Assembly: GCA_029953675.1 (NCBI GenBank)
Contig: JAMWBK010000006.1
Span: 434,001-498,000 of the forward strand
Direction: 5' to 3'
Source of the DNA: Rhodosorus marinus CCMP1338
Lineage: Eukaryota > Plantae > Rhodophyta
DNA length: 64,000 nucleotides
In this document: positions 14,380 to 27,555 of the stretch, piece after piece
Position numbering within the stretch: position 1 is the stretch's first letter
Layout of the letters: each line of letters opens with the position of its first letter
The notes under the pieces: generated by a model
Told to the model about the DNA's origin: nothing
The model's input: only the letters and a program-made list of their open reading frames with translations
The model's database searches: none
Translations under genes and position numbers: made by a program

Positions 14380-14960
14380 AGTAAATTGAATTCGACGTCG
14401 TGGAACGAGTCGCTCTACCCACTGCCAAATCTGGTTGTGGGGGAGGACTATGGATTTGTTCCCACATCCGTTACCAGGGATGCATTGATCCATAAATGTT
14501 TGCAATCCCCCGAACTTAGCCGTACGGAAAGAATCACTCGTATCTGCTCGAGCGCAGGACGACTGGGAGAAAACGAAGGCTCGCGTTCCTCTTTGCAAGA
14601 ATCGATGCACCGGGCTGAGGAATTTCTCCTCAACATTCAACGAGGTGACATGGAAGGCAAGGATCCAAGATCTACAAAATAGCGAAGCTGAGCAATGTCC
14701 ACTACAACAACGAAACATGGTAGTTGGACCCGGATCGCGAAGCTAACAAGTTACCGTCCGAGACTTACCATTCTTAACAAGGAACTATACATCGGGTTGC
14801 CACGCACAACGAGTGCAAAAAATGCCTGGCCGGAACGCCGAAAATAAGAGCAAAGCCCACCCGTTTGGACAGTGACAGTTGCCAAATGTTCGCTGTTCAT
14901 GGCCAACACGGCCGACGACGAGACATGGTTCTCAACGAAGCCAGCCCCCCCACATTTGAT
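14380..14960 (+). mobile_element. Decayed fragment of a REL-endonuclease non-LTR retrotransposon (CRE/NeSL-like), RT thumb to zinc-knuckle region
   Basis: Across frameshifts and stops: RVALPTAKSGCGGGL (LP..GGLG motif), KARV..APG/AEEFLLNI (ARL.S..PGA.AWL), IGLP..THNECKKC and PFGQ*..VRC....TTRHG (DPFGDHAL.C....RH). Motif recognition by eye only. Confidence 0.4.
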
Positions 14961-16437
14961 TGAATACAATCAACTAGAAGAAAACCGTCAACACCCGAAA
15001 AGGAGAAACAGTTGTACTTGCGTGTACTCGTAGAGAAAGACTCCTCCAATGAGCGACAATCGTCTTATTCAGTCATTCACTATTGGACACAGTTTTGAAT
15101 AAATAACGAATCAAGTCTCATCAATCTCCACCCACTGACAACGACGGTTCGTAGTCCGAGGGATCGGAGGACGGCATAAAGATGCTTAGAGGCCTTATTT
15201 AATTTCTGAATACAAGTATTTTCTGTTTCCAGGGCCCTACGTTTGGTCGTAGTGGAGAAACCGGTATCCCCTTTTTGTACGCTAATTCACAAGAGTTCTA
15301 TCCATTCACATGTAAGAAATCTCTCGACGGCAGTGATCGCAGAATTATCATCTAAAATACTGCTATATTAACATAGAATGTGTGAAATAATATGCAGTCT
15401 AATCTATCTGTTGCTCATCTGAGGATTTCATCATCAAACAAAAAGCTTCCACGCGTCGACGGATCCAACCACACAACCAGCCCCCCCCCCTTTCTACCTG
15501 TAACATCTACCTCACCAAGTCCACCTGTTTCCCACCCCCTCAGAAACAAAACGTCCAAACGCTTGCTTTGACTATAAAAAAACCATAATACAAAATCCAC
15601 CCACCGTACAAATTTTTCATCTCGCCCTGGTCAACTCCTTTGGATCAAGCACATCAAAACATAACTGAAAAACAAAAATATCTCCTTCACTTTTATTTCT
15701 AAAAAACAATATTCGCTAACCCCCCTCCGTCCCCGCAATCCTCAAGATCAGCCAAACCCATCCAAAACCGCTTATGCAAAACTCAAAAACGTAAAAAGGC
15801 GAAACCTGTCAAGAACCATTCTCCGCATTTTACCCCCCCTATGCGCCTTGGGTATACTTTTAGAGTATACCTTAAATTGTAGGGTATTGCCACCGGGTTT
15901 AGAAATAATGTAAAAAAAAAAGCTAGTACCCGTCTAAGTTTTTCCGAAGATTCGCAATATCTGAGGGAATCCAGGGGCCCCACGTCGATGTCGTAAGGAC
16001 GCGTGGGATTGTTTCATTTGATTATCGGATTTGAGTAGATTGAATTTTGCTGTTTTAGGGATTGAATACGGGATCGGGTGGAGATGGTTTGTACATCAGA
16101 TGGGATGGGTGGGTTTGGAAGAGGTCGGATAGTAAAATTTTGGGTTTTTGTGGGGGATTTTTTTTTTTTGACGGGTGTGATTTCGTGTTCAGTCGCGTGT
16201 AATTTTTTTGGTTTGTTTTGGGAACTCTGGTTTTTGGATTTTTGCGGTAGGGGGTGCGTATGTTGGTGTTTTTTTTTGGTGTATAAAGGTTGTCTGTTTG
16301 TTGAAGTATGGAAGATCGCGTGACCTATTGAGTGGCGGCTAGGGGGAGGGTTTGGAGGAAGTCAAACTGGGTTGGTAGGTGGGGGAATATAGTTTTGTTA
16401 ACCTGTTGAAAGAGAGTGCTTCTGTGTTTGTGGAAGG

Positions 16438-18775
16438 ATGGATTCTGCTTTTGTACCGACGACTTCTTTCGTGCGTTCTCAGCGCAGCAGTGCGATCTCC
16501 GGCAACAGGAGCGGCTTTTTGGCGCCTGCGGTTGGCAGAGTTGCCAGGCCGGTTCACTCCAACGTGGTGAAGATGGTTGCTCCCGCGGCTGACGGGAAGC
16601 TGGCGCAGACCGGTGACGAGCTCGCCGACAAGTGCATCAACTCGATCAGGTTCCTCGGGATTGACGCCGTCGAGAAGGCCAAGTCCGGACATCCTGGTAT
16701 GGTTATGGGCCTGGCTCCGACCGCCTACGTCCTGTATGATAAGATCATGAAGTTCAACCCCAAGAACCCGAAATTCTTCAACAGGGATCGGTTTGTTCTG
16801 TCGGCTGGACACGGCTCCATGCTTCAGTATGCTCTCATGCATCTTTACGGATACAACTCGGTTTCGCTGGATGATATCAAGCAGTTCCGTCAGCTTGGAT
16901 CTGTCACCCCTGGCCATCCGGAGAACTTTGAGACTGAAGGAATTGAGGTCACCACTGGTCCGCTCGGACAGGGTATCTGCAATGCCGTCGGTCTTGCAGC
17001 CGCGGAGGCTCACCTTGCCGCCACCTACAACAAGCCCGACGCTAAGATCGTTGATCACTATACCTTTGCGATCATGGGTGACGGATGCAACATGGAGGGT
17101 ATCTCTGGTGAGGCGTGCTCGCTTGCGGGCCACTGGGGGCTCGGCAAGCTTATTGCCATCTACGATGACAACCACATTTCCATCGACGGAAGCACTGATA
17201 TTGCCTTCACTGAGGACGTTGGCAAGCGCTTCGAGGCCTACGGCTGGGAGGTGATCAATGTTGTGAACGGAAACACCGATCTGGGTGCAATTGAGGCTGC
17301 TATTGAGCAGGCCAAGAAGACCACTGACAAGCCCACCATGATCAAGGTCACGACTATCATCGGATATGGCTCCCCGAACAAGGCTGACTCGTACGCTGTT
17401 CACGGTGCTGCTCTTGGAGCGGACGAAGTGACCGCCACCAGAGAGAGCCTTGACTGGGACTATCCGGAGTTTGTCGTTCCGGATGAGGCTCAGGAGCAGT
17501 TCGCGAAGAAGACTCCTGAGGGAGCTGCGATTGAGGAGGAGTGGAACGCAAGCTTTGAGGCGTACAAGGAGAAGTACCCTGAGCTCGGTGCTCAGTTCGA
17601 GTCCGTTGTGTTGAAGAACGAGTTGGGCTCTGAATGGGAACCTGCTCTCAAGAAGATGGGAGAGGAAACGCCCAAGGCTGCTACCCGCCAACTGTCGAAC
17701 ATTGCATTGAACACTATTGCACCAGTTGTTCCGAGTTTGATTGGTGGATCTGCAGATCTTGCCTCGTCCAACCTGACGATCATGAAGGGATACGGAGACT
17801 TCCAGAAGGCTACACCGGAGAACAGGAACTTGAGGTTCGGAGTGCGTGAGCACGCCATGGGAGCCATCTGCAACGGCATCGGTCTTCACGGCTCAGGCTT
17901 CATCCCGTACTGCGCAACATTCTTCATCTTCACTGACTACATGCGTGCAGCCATGCGTATGTCTGCCCTGTCCCAGTGTGGTGTAATCTACGTTATGACT
18001 CACGATTCCGTTTTCCTTGGAGAGGATGGGCCTACCCATCAGCCGATTGAGCACCTCGCGTCTTTCCGGGCCATGCCTAACATGAACATGTACCGACCAT
18101 GCGACCCGACTGAGGTAGGCGGATGATGACGTTCACACTGTATGACTTCTTGAAACTGAATCAGAACTTTCCATTCGCTTCATTCAGGTTGCTGCCGCGT
18201 ATGCAGTTGGTGTCGAGTCGAGGACGACCCCGACGACTATCGCGTTGACCCGCCAGGCCACCGCCAAGTACCCGGAAGCGAGCTTTGAGGGTGCCAAGAA
18301 GGGCGGCTACGTGCTGACTGACAATACTCCAGAGGGAGAAACCCCGGACATGATCTTGATGGGAACTGGATCTGAGCTGCCTCTCTGCTATGACGCCGCC
18401 GAGGCAGTTCGGGAGAGTGGAAAGAACGTGAGAGTCGTCTCTCTTCCATGCTGGGAGAAGTAAGTTTTCAATCCTTCCCAATTCGCTTCGCTGAGGAGGA
18501 CGTCATGTGCTGAGAAACGTTGTGAAAATACTTTTTTTTGCTGTATCTTCAGATTCCTTGAGCAGGACGCCGAGTACCAAGAGTCCGTGCTCCCGGCTGC
18601 GGTGCCGATGAGCAAGAGGCTTGCTGTTGAGGCTGGGTCTCCGTTCGGCTGGGGAACGTTCGCCGGCAATACGATCACCATTGACAGGTTCGGAATCTCC
18701 GCTCCAGGCAACGACATCGCGAACTACTTTGGCTTCACAGTTGAGAATGTCACCGAGACTGCCATGAAGTTGTAA
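16438..18775 (+). CDS. TKL: Plastid transketolase, 3 exons (16438-18114, 18188-18459, 18553-18775)
   Basis: [15 protein letters not shown], ThDP motif [24 protein letters not shown] and DRFGISAPG; red-algal-type transit peptide MDSAFV..; introns restore the frame exactly. Confidence 0.97.
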
Positions 18776-18968
18776 TAAACTCGTACAATCAGTAATTTTC
18801 CCTTAACTCAAAATTCTTGCTTCCTACCAAGAACTCGCTCGCCCGTCAACATCGGTAGCCCCACATACTGTTGGACATCTCCCCGTGGACATGAAAGAGA
18901 GTCCTTGTCCTTCTTGACTGTCCCTGATACTCGAACTCCGCATCACTGACGCTCAGTCTACCTCCTGC

Positions 18969-19299
18969 TCAGTCGTCATCGAGCCAAATCTGAAAATCGA
19001 CAAATTGGCTTTCTGACCACAGCTGCCTCCGCACCTCGTCCAGTAGCTGACCAAGTTGGCCTCCCAGGGGTTCCAGGCAATCTAGTGGAACGAGCTTCTC
19101 CGTACCGCCCAAACTGTCTGCAGGTTCCCTATGCAATGTCCAAATCATTTATGCTTTTCTACTGGGTTTGTTCGCAGATTGCAATCAACTCAGCTAGGAT
19201 AGATGAAGCAATCCGAGTGTCCAAGGCGTCAGCAAACTCCGCGGTCAGCAGATCCGATCTCGGAACGTCAGACCTCAGAGCACGCGCTGTGAAAGGCAT
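18969..19299 (-). CDS. Small hypothetical acidic, helical protein (about 95 aa), not in the ORF track
   Basis: MPFTARALRSDVPRSDLLTAEFADALDTRIASSILAELIAICEQT joins EPADSLGGTEKLVPLDCLEPLGGQLGQLLDEVRRQLWSESQFVDFQIWLDDD* in frame through a 34-nt GT-AG intron, which is short for this genome. Confidence 0.3.
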
Positions 19300-19585
19300 G
19301 AGACCGATCGTTCCATCCCCGCGAAAGACGATGCTGGCAGTTCAGGAGCTCATGGTTCATCTCTGTCTCAGTCCGATTGGTGTGCTGCCTTGACTTCAAA
19401 GGCGTGTATATATCCAGAAGACTGTGGTGAGGGGGAAGCGGTGGTGTCGTATAGGTTTGTGAGTTCAGTCGGAAGTTGTACTGAGTAGAGGATGACTGAT
19501 CAGAACCAGCTGAGCGAGTAGACTACGGGCCAGGTTTCGTTTCGGCTGCAAATCCGAGCAGTGGGAAAAGTATTGTGGAAGAAGG

Positions 19586-21753
19586 ATGAGGACAGTTCGG
19601 CGTCTAGTTGGGCCGGTTGTGGCCGTTTCTGGCGCAGCGATCGCCGCTGGTCGATTCAGGCGTGTTGGGTATATGGATGAAACGCCATTGGCATCGTTTG
19701 AGAAGGATGTGGAACTAATAAACTGGTCGAGTACTCACGAGTTGAGTACGAAAAGTCTGTACCAACCAGAGTCTACTGAGGAACTGGTGAATACTCTCAA
19801 ACAGTGCCAAGAAGATGGGCTGAGAATACGTCCCATGGGATCCGGGTTAAGTCCGAATGGAATTGGTTTCGATCAAGAAGGAACCGTGAGTATGGGGTTA
19901 CTGGATAACGTACGGGTCTTCAAGCAAACGGATCCAAAATATTGTTTGTCCATTTTCTTGAAGCTTATTCGTTTGCTCACTTGATCTACAGATACTATCG
20001 GTCAACAAGGAGAAGAAGACAGTCAGAGTGCAAGCAGGGGTAAAAGTCAGCCAACTAGTTGAGTTTCTGAGACCCTATAACCTCACTCTGCAGAACTATG
20101 CATCAATTGCAGAGCAACAGATTGGAGGGTAAGTTGTTTTCTCAGCACTTTGCGCGAATGCTTAGCGTTTGACAGGAACTGTAACGCTGAATCGTGCAGA
20201 CTGTCTCATCTTTCCGTCACAGATTTGTACAAGTTGGAGCACATGGAACTGGCATGGATATCCCACCCGTTGACATGCAGGTCCTCTCGATGAAGGTTCT
20301 AACCCCAGGGCTTGGCATGATCGAACTGAACGAGGAGAAAAACCCAATTCTATTTAAACTCGCACGCGTTGCCCTGGGATCACTCGGTGTTATGGTCGAA
20401 GCCACTATTCAGTGTGTTGATGCTCATCTTTTAAAGGAACATACTTTCGTTTCCACTGCGGAACAGGTTAGATTGGCCCAACCCACTACTTCTGTTAGTT
20501 CTTCTTGGTTTTCAAACAGAGCGGTATTGTTTACTTCTCTTGTCGTCTAGATCCGCGCCAATCATGATGAATGGTTAAGGTCTCATCAACACCTTCGGTA
20601 CATGTGGATTCCGTACTCGGAGTCTGTCATTGTTGTGTGGTCTGATCCCGCAGGAGCGGATGAAGCAGTGGGAGAGTCGACTGTCTTCTCCGAAGAGGAG
20701 GCCCTTGCTGCGCCGAGGGCGTTGCTTCGTTCAGCCCGTCCTGAGATCGAAGATGAGCAGCTCAAAGAATTGTCTTTTACTCAGATCAGGGATGAGCTTA
20801 TTCATCACAAGCCCTTGGACGCGGAGCACATTCGAGAGGTAGTGAATATTCTGTCTTGCTGGGCATTTTCATGCAGACCTGCTCAAAGATGCGCTTCTGT
20901 TCTGGTTGCAAATAGGTGAACCAGGCAGAAGCGGAGTACTGGAGGAAGAAGGAAGGAGTGAGGGTGGACTGGAGCGATAGAATCTTGGGATTCGATTGCG
21001 GTGGGCAGCAGTGGGTGTCTGAGGTAAGCATCCTCAGCTTTGTTCAGATCGCAATGAAGGACATTGCAGTCGGAGCTCAGTATTGTGTCCTTTTGTGCAG
21101 GTTGCTTTCCCATGCGGGAGCAAGGAGAAGCCATCCACTTCAGACCTGGATTTTATCGATGATGTGAAAAAGATCATTGAAGAGGAGAAGATTCCGGCTC
21201 CAGCACCAATTGAACAGCGATGGACATCAGCGTCTAGTAGCTATCTAAGCCCGGTTTGGTGAGCTCTTGCATCTGCTTCGGTGTATCCCGTTCGGATACG
21301 GTCGCTAAGCGTTTCTGGTCATTTTTATTCTGGGATTTATAGGAGCAGTGATTTGGAAAGCGTCTTCTCCTGGGTGGGAATCATCATGTACCTCCCGCCG
21401 GCTGGTGAAGTGGGCGACGAAGAGAGGGGTAGGATTACTGAAGCATTTCAGGGATATCAACAAAAGCTCGAGACTGAACTATGGGAAAGGTACTTTTGGT
21501 TCTCGTGCGAAACATTACGACACGTTCAAGCAAAATATCCGAGCTGAACCCCTTCTCCCTCCCAAAAACCAAACCCAGGTACGGCGCCTTCGAGCACTGG
21601 GCCAAGATCGAGGCCACATCCCCGCTTCTAAAACAGAAAAAGGAACGAATTCAGAGAAGACTACCTATGGTAATGTACGAATCCACAAGGAAACTCCTCG
21701 ATCCCCAACACATTCTGTCAAACAACGCCATCGAAGCGATCCTCTCCGACTGA
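19586..21753 (+). CDS. GLDH: L-galactono-1,4-lactone dehydrogenase (mitochondrial, multi-exon)
   Basis: NWSSTH; IRPMGSGLSPNGIGF with no His, consistent with non-covalent FAD; QIGGFVQVGAHGTG; RILGFDCGGQQWVSE; PAPIEQRW (Glu-Arg pair); HWAKIE; basic mitochondrial-type presequence. Confidence 0.95.
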
Positions 21754-22268
21754 TGAGCCAACCCCCAAGCAAACTTCATTCTTAGTACGTCGTACTATGC
21801 ACTAGCCACCGAACGATTAGACGCCACCGCGAAAATATTATTGAAAATAGATACAATAAACGACAGCTGTCTGTCCTAAATATAGATAATATTTTCTAAT
21901 TAAAGATGTTTCATTGCTTTTTTGTGAATATTTTCTTAAATATGCCACTTTTTCGACCTTGATGTCAACGCTCCCTGTCGATCGCGTTGGTCTCGTTGCA
22001 GAGCATTTTGTCAAGGGCTGGGGGAAAGATGAACTGCGAGAAGGTTGGGAGTTTTCGTATGTATGGACGGCTCCTTTAGAACGATGGATCGTACGTACAA
22101 GAGAGAGAGAATTCAGATGCATTGAACTCCGCTGTTGTTCGTTCTGGGGTTTTTAACTCCTGCGGCGTTCTCGTTTTCTGTGGGATGGGTTGCTGAGTAC
22201 GAGAAAGAACTTTTTCTTTTTTTTTTGTTGGGAGAAGGGAGGAGGGGGAAGATCTCCTGGGTTGAGTT

Positions 22269-23609
22269 ATGAGGGTGACGGAGGTCCTTCTGAGGCACTT
22301 CGGTGCTCAGAAGGGGAAAATCCCGAGAAGTCGAGCGGAATGGGCTCCGAAGCCTGGGCCGAATGCGAAGCAGAGGAAGAGTCATGCGAGGTTCAGATCC
22401 TACGGCCCGAACTTGTTTGCTTCCCCAAATAAGAAGATCTCTTCTGAGATTAAGTTCAAGAGCGAGTCTTGCGTAGAGGATATTAGAAATCCACCTCGAG
22501 CGGATGATGTAAAGCATACATGGAAGGTCCTTCGAGGAGATTATGTACGTTCCAAGATCACCGAGGGCCGCTAGTTTGAGCAAGTCAGGATTACGTCAAA
22601 ATGGTCTTGGCGGATCCTCGTAGCGTCTCAAGGAAGTTTCAGGTTGCTGAAAGTGGAGTACTCCTCTTGCACGTTTTCTCAGGTCGAGGTGATAAAACTC
22701 GGAAACGACTACGGAAAACGAGGAAAGGTTATAGAAGTGCTACGAAGAAGCAATTCTGTGGTTGTCGCAAACGCTGGATTCGTGAAAGCATTCATCTTCA
22801 CACCGAGTGGTGCAACCAAGGAAGTTCTTACTGAGGGGCCTATTCACGTTTCTGACGTTATGTTGGTTTGCCCGAAGACCAAGTAAGGCTTGAAACTACA
22901 AACCGCCTTCGAAAGCCTCTCTGGACTTCTCAGGTCAGCTGCGATTGCTTTTTTTGCCAGGAAACGAACGAAGGTAGATTTCAAGTTCATCGACGGAGTG
23001 ACCAAGGTGCGAGTCGCCAAAGCATCTGGGGCCATTATTCCTAGGCCCGACATCCTCCGTGTGCGGAGAACGCCTCGGCAATGTAAGCATGTTCCAAAAG
23101 CATTCGTATAGCGATAACCCTTTCTTTCCTGCAATGGAAGAGGACACACGCGTAATAGGCTTCCCTAAAAAACGTTTTCATATTCGTTGACTGCAGTTGG
23201 TGAACGCGACACGTCACCGGAGCACGTCCTCAGTTTAACATATAAGGAGCCTGAAATGGTAACGAATGCGAGAAAATGGCTGAAGCAAGAGCTTGTAGAG
23301 CATCAGGAGAAAGTGTTCGCTGCTGCTGAGAAACAATTTGAAAGGCGTGGAGCGGTAGCGATGTTTGAGCAGGAAAACGCTGGTGCTGAAGCGCAGGCGG
23401 ATACTGATCAAATAGAAATGGACGAGATCGAGGAAGAGCAAAGGGAGCGTGCCAGGACGATCCAGGAGAGTAGGGTCCAGCGGCAAATGGAGCTAGACAG
23501 ATTAGATGAGTTAGAGCTGCAGAAGAGACAAGAGATGGAGAGGGCCCGCTTCATTATACCGAACCCCGAAAATCCATCAACTGAGTTGCCCGAAACGGCG
23601 GAACAATGA
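22269..23609 (+). CDS. MRPL24: Mitochondrial ribosomal protein uL24m with N- and C-terminal extensions (4 exons)
   Basis: WKVLRGDY|VEVIKLGNDYGKRGKVIEV (KOW motif), EGPIHVSDVMLVCP, KVRVAKASGAIIPRP, and RDT..EHVL..TY as in eukaryotic uL24m. Confidence 0.85.
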
Positions 23610-24740
23610 ACCTCAGTCAAGTCCTGTTGACTCTCGCACCTACCGCTCTTGCATGCTAACTGGAGAAAGCAGAACAGTAAATAAGCTATGAACGATACCA
23701 ATGCGACTCCCAAAAGGCCACTCCCAGTCATGAAGGAGGATGATTACAAGCAAAAGGCTTGCTGTAAGGCTACTCTAGCAGCCCTTGATCAGCGCAAGGT
23801 GTGACTGGCTTCGCAGTCCTTTTTCCCAACCACCGGCACGCACACAAGTCCTTCATAGCTTGAAAAACTAAGCCTCGTGCTCTGCCAGAGGGGTTACACC
23901 AGTCTGAGCTTACGTTGACATCTGATGACGAGTATCGATCAACAAAAATTTGCAATATCAGGGAGTGCTTACATCAATCTGAGCCTAAGCTGGCATCTTT
24001 TGATGACGAACGATCAGTACGGAGACCAAGAACTAGAACATCCCGGACCTGAGTTTCAATCCCAATCCCTAAAGTCTTTCAAAAATACATATATTGAAAA
24101 ACATCAGTCAATATAAACGCTTATATTGACTGGAAATTTTATTCAATTATACATGTAACTAGGACATGCAGTTAGTGCATATAAGCATAATTATTAAAAT
24201 AAAAGGTTATTTTCCACTAGTTACAATCGCGTTATTACATGTAGTTTATGGGGGTTTACGCTCGAGCTTTAGTCGAGATGGCATACATGTAATTATGTTC
24301 ACGCAATCGAGCAGATGACGTTTTTTTGGTATTAATCAGAGATATTGCGTCACGTAAATAGTGTCCAATACATGCAATTTATATAGATTAAGGAGGAGAA
24401 TGGTGTGTTTTGAGCGGTTATGAAGAGCTCGGAAGTGACGGGAAGGTGGTGAGCGGCGAGCGGAACGGAGGCCGGGAAGACCGTTTAAGGTTGCGTGGCG
24501 TTGAATTGAGAGAGGTAGGATTGGAGAGTATATCGTGAATGGAGCGGTTGCTCCCGCTGAGTTGATTTAAAGAGGAAGGGCTTGGAGTTGACCGGTTTTT
24601 GGATAACTTGAGTTGAGGTTAGCTTCTGGAGTTTTGGATAGATTGTTTTGGGGGTGGGTGGAGGTTTCACTCTTTGAGGGTTGTGAGAAGCGCGGTTAGT
24701 TAACTTTCTTGATTTCAAGCGTTTGAGCTTTGTAGTAAAT

Positions 24741-26150
24741 ATGTGGCTGGAGGACGTTTTGAAGGAATCTTATTTGAAGAAGGCCCGAGAAGATCCCGCG
24801 AGGAATGCAGACTTGTGCAAAGAGTTGTGGTTGGACCGAATGGTAGAGGTGAGGCTCGCACACATCCTTCTCTTTTGGTGTGCAAGGTTGTTGTCAGATT
24901 TTCTTGCGTGGAAGTAGTCTCTATCTGGGAAGGGAATGTGAGGGTTATAGCGCAGTGCTTTCCACTAGTTTGATCTTTTTTTGCCATATCGCTGTGTTTC
25001 TCGTGATAAACTTTACTCGTGCTGTACTGAAAAATCTCTCTTTCCTTTTGAAACCCACGAACAAATAGTTGGATAAACGAGCTCTGGAAAATATATATAC
25101 GTTCACATGGGTATATATTGATCACGGTCCGACAAAGTTTGTGAACAAGAGTTTTGAATTCTACACCAATCATTCTTACGGACAAGGCGGCCTCTACCAC
25201 TATGGATCACATCCGAAGTTTATGCGTTCAGAGAACTACAGATTTTATAAGCATTTGCAAACTCACGCGATCGGCAACGGTCAAGACCCTGATGGAAGCT
25301 TCGAATGATTGCAAGTCAGCTCCAAGACCTAACCAATTGACGCTGGGCTCGATTTCTAGAGCGTTTTTGATAAAATTTGAAGTGAACAAGACAAAGAGCC
25401 TGCTCAATACTCTTTAGGCCCAGGTTTTTAGGATCATTTTTTATCTGAACCTTCTCGATACAGTCTTTGTTTGCCCCTACAAGACGGGGGCTAAGCTCTC
25501 CGAGGCAAGCCTTATCTGTACCAATTGAATGTCCCAGTTTGTTTGGTCTCCGGTCCGACTTGTACAAGAAGCCCCAGAAGTTCAGCATGCGCTCGGCAAC
25601 CCCTACTTTCCTCGAGAGAAACGCCGCGGACTATCTAAGAGCTCGTTCAGCGCCGTGGCTTGTGAACAAGACCACGCGTGAAAATGAACCCTTCTGCGAC
25701 TGCAAGTCGATTGGTGGTACATGGTTTGTTACCTGAGTTGCTATGCTGCACGCCGAGGAACTATAGGCAGTTATCAACAAGAGCGTTTGTTTGCAGCTCG
25801 AAAGCCATTACCCCAAACTCAAGCCAAGGCTAGAGATCTATTGTCCAGGGGCACGGCCCGGGCTTCTCAAAGTCTATGTTCCGATTCTGAAGTCAAAGGA
25901 AGCGTTCTTCAACTCGCAGTTTTGGCAAGGGAGCTAACCATTTGTTCAAAGTAGATCGGCGAGAGATTTCCCTTTCTGACATGTTCTGGATAGACTCAGC
26001 TACTTGTTGAGAAACTCAGGGTGTGATGGAGTGTGGGACATGCTTGTGTACCTGGCAACGTACACCATAGCGGTTGACATATTGGGGAGAGTAGCGAGTC
26101 TTTTCCTTCGCAAGTGCCGAAGAAGCACAAGAAACTTTCGCCTCCGGGAT
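24741..26150 (+). CDS. Hypothetical multi-exon protein (unresolved)
   Basis: G/T-rich leader at 24400-24740, ATG 24741 (MWLEDVLKESYLKK..) followed by a good donor (GAG|gtgagg), and further protein-like open stretches to about 26150. No family recognised and the end is approximate. Confidence 0.35.
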
Positions 26151-27555
26151 TGATTCCTCTGTTATCCAAGCACGTCCACCAGACGCCGGAAGAAAAATGC
26201 TATCCTGGTTACTCTTACAAGATTCGTTAAGCAGCTTCTCGCAAGCGCCGTCGTGTACAGTGTTTGCATGTGTCTACCCTCGTTTAAGATGAGGTATTCG
26301 GTTACCACATAGACTCAAAGCGGGCATAGGCAGGCAAGTTTCTAAAGCGCTATACCCGAGCGTATAGAAATATACATATGTCTATATCCGGCGCAAGTGT
26401 TTGCGAAGGTCTTCCGAGCTGGAAAGAAATGCTCCGCTTTTCGTCCAGCAATAACTACGAAGGTGAATCCTGTCCAATGTGCGTGTAGGAACACAGCACG
26501 TGCGAATGGATTTCTACAGAGAGAAAAATGTTCTGCAAAGGCCATGCGCAGCTTGGCGTCACCGGGGCCGATTGACAAGCGGGCGAATGCTAAGGGACGG
26601 TTTGACCCCCCAGAAAACCACTGCCTCACTCCTATTTTGCACACCGTGCGTTGATCACGCTCACTGTACGAGAGCAAAAAAAGAATCCTTTTCGAAGGAA
26701 TCAAGAAGAGACGCATTACCTCAAAGCATCAACGCGGCTACTTCGAGTCATGCCAACCTACCTCGTCAACTTTCAACCAGCGACAGACGTCAGAGGAAAA
26801 GACCCTACTTTTTCGCGCATTTCTGAATAGGACCTAAAATTCAAACAATTCAATCTACTCGATTCCACAAAATCTTTGAGGGGGTAAAATCAGGACTGTT
26901 CATGAAACAAAATGCGAAATAAATTTATGTTTTAGCATATCTAACTTTGGAGTAGTGAAAATCAGGGGTTTGCGGATGGAAGTAATTTGAATTATATTCA
27001 AAAAAGTATTTCCGATCTGAGATGGAAAGATTTATATGATAATGAACGTTGATCCGGGTACTTTTCTTTTGCCCGTGACTTATTCTTTTTTTTAAAAAAA
27101 GAGGATTGATGAAAATATGGCATCAGTAATTTTGGATGAAGAGGAGTTTGGATTACCTGTCACTCCGGCGAGCGTTTTCCCTCTATTAGTTGGACATGAA
27201 TGAGAGCTATAGCCAATAATAATGGTTAGCGCGTATTTTAAACGAATGAGGTATCAGTATTGATGTCGCACCTCATTGGAGAAGAATTGGTAGATTTTTA
27301 TTAATTTTTCTTCGACCTTTCTTTTTTTAACTGAGGCTTTCGGCGGCTGGTTACCTGTCTTTGCGGGACCGGTGACACCTGTTGATATGTAACTCTTAAC
27401 GAGCTGGGAGTATACATAGCACGAAGATGAAGCTTTTAAAACGGAGCGGAAGAGAGCTTTTTTTTGATGGTTTGGTTGGTGATGACCGCTTTCACGCGCA
27501 GTGTCATGGTTGTTGGCGGCTTTGTTGTCAAGGTATTTAATTTTTGCGAGGCGCG

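Noticed and set aside
16339-17889. 516-aa minus-strand ORF
   Set aside because: Exact antisense shadow of transketolase; strong codon bias in a highly expressed gene suppresses antisense stops; the translation has no recognisable domain.
21914-22156. Short ORF upstream of uL24m with an apparent intron
   Set aside because: No family recognised; more likely a 5' UTR with an intron or a uORF.
26342-26826. Overlapping ORFs with a CxxC (ESCPMC)
   Set aside because: Interrupted by stops with no supporting retroelement or gene context.
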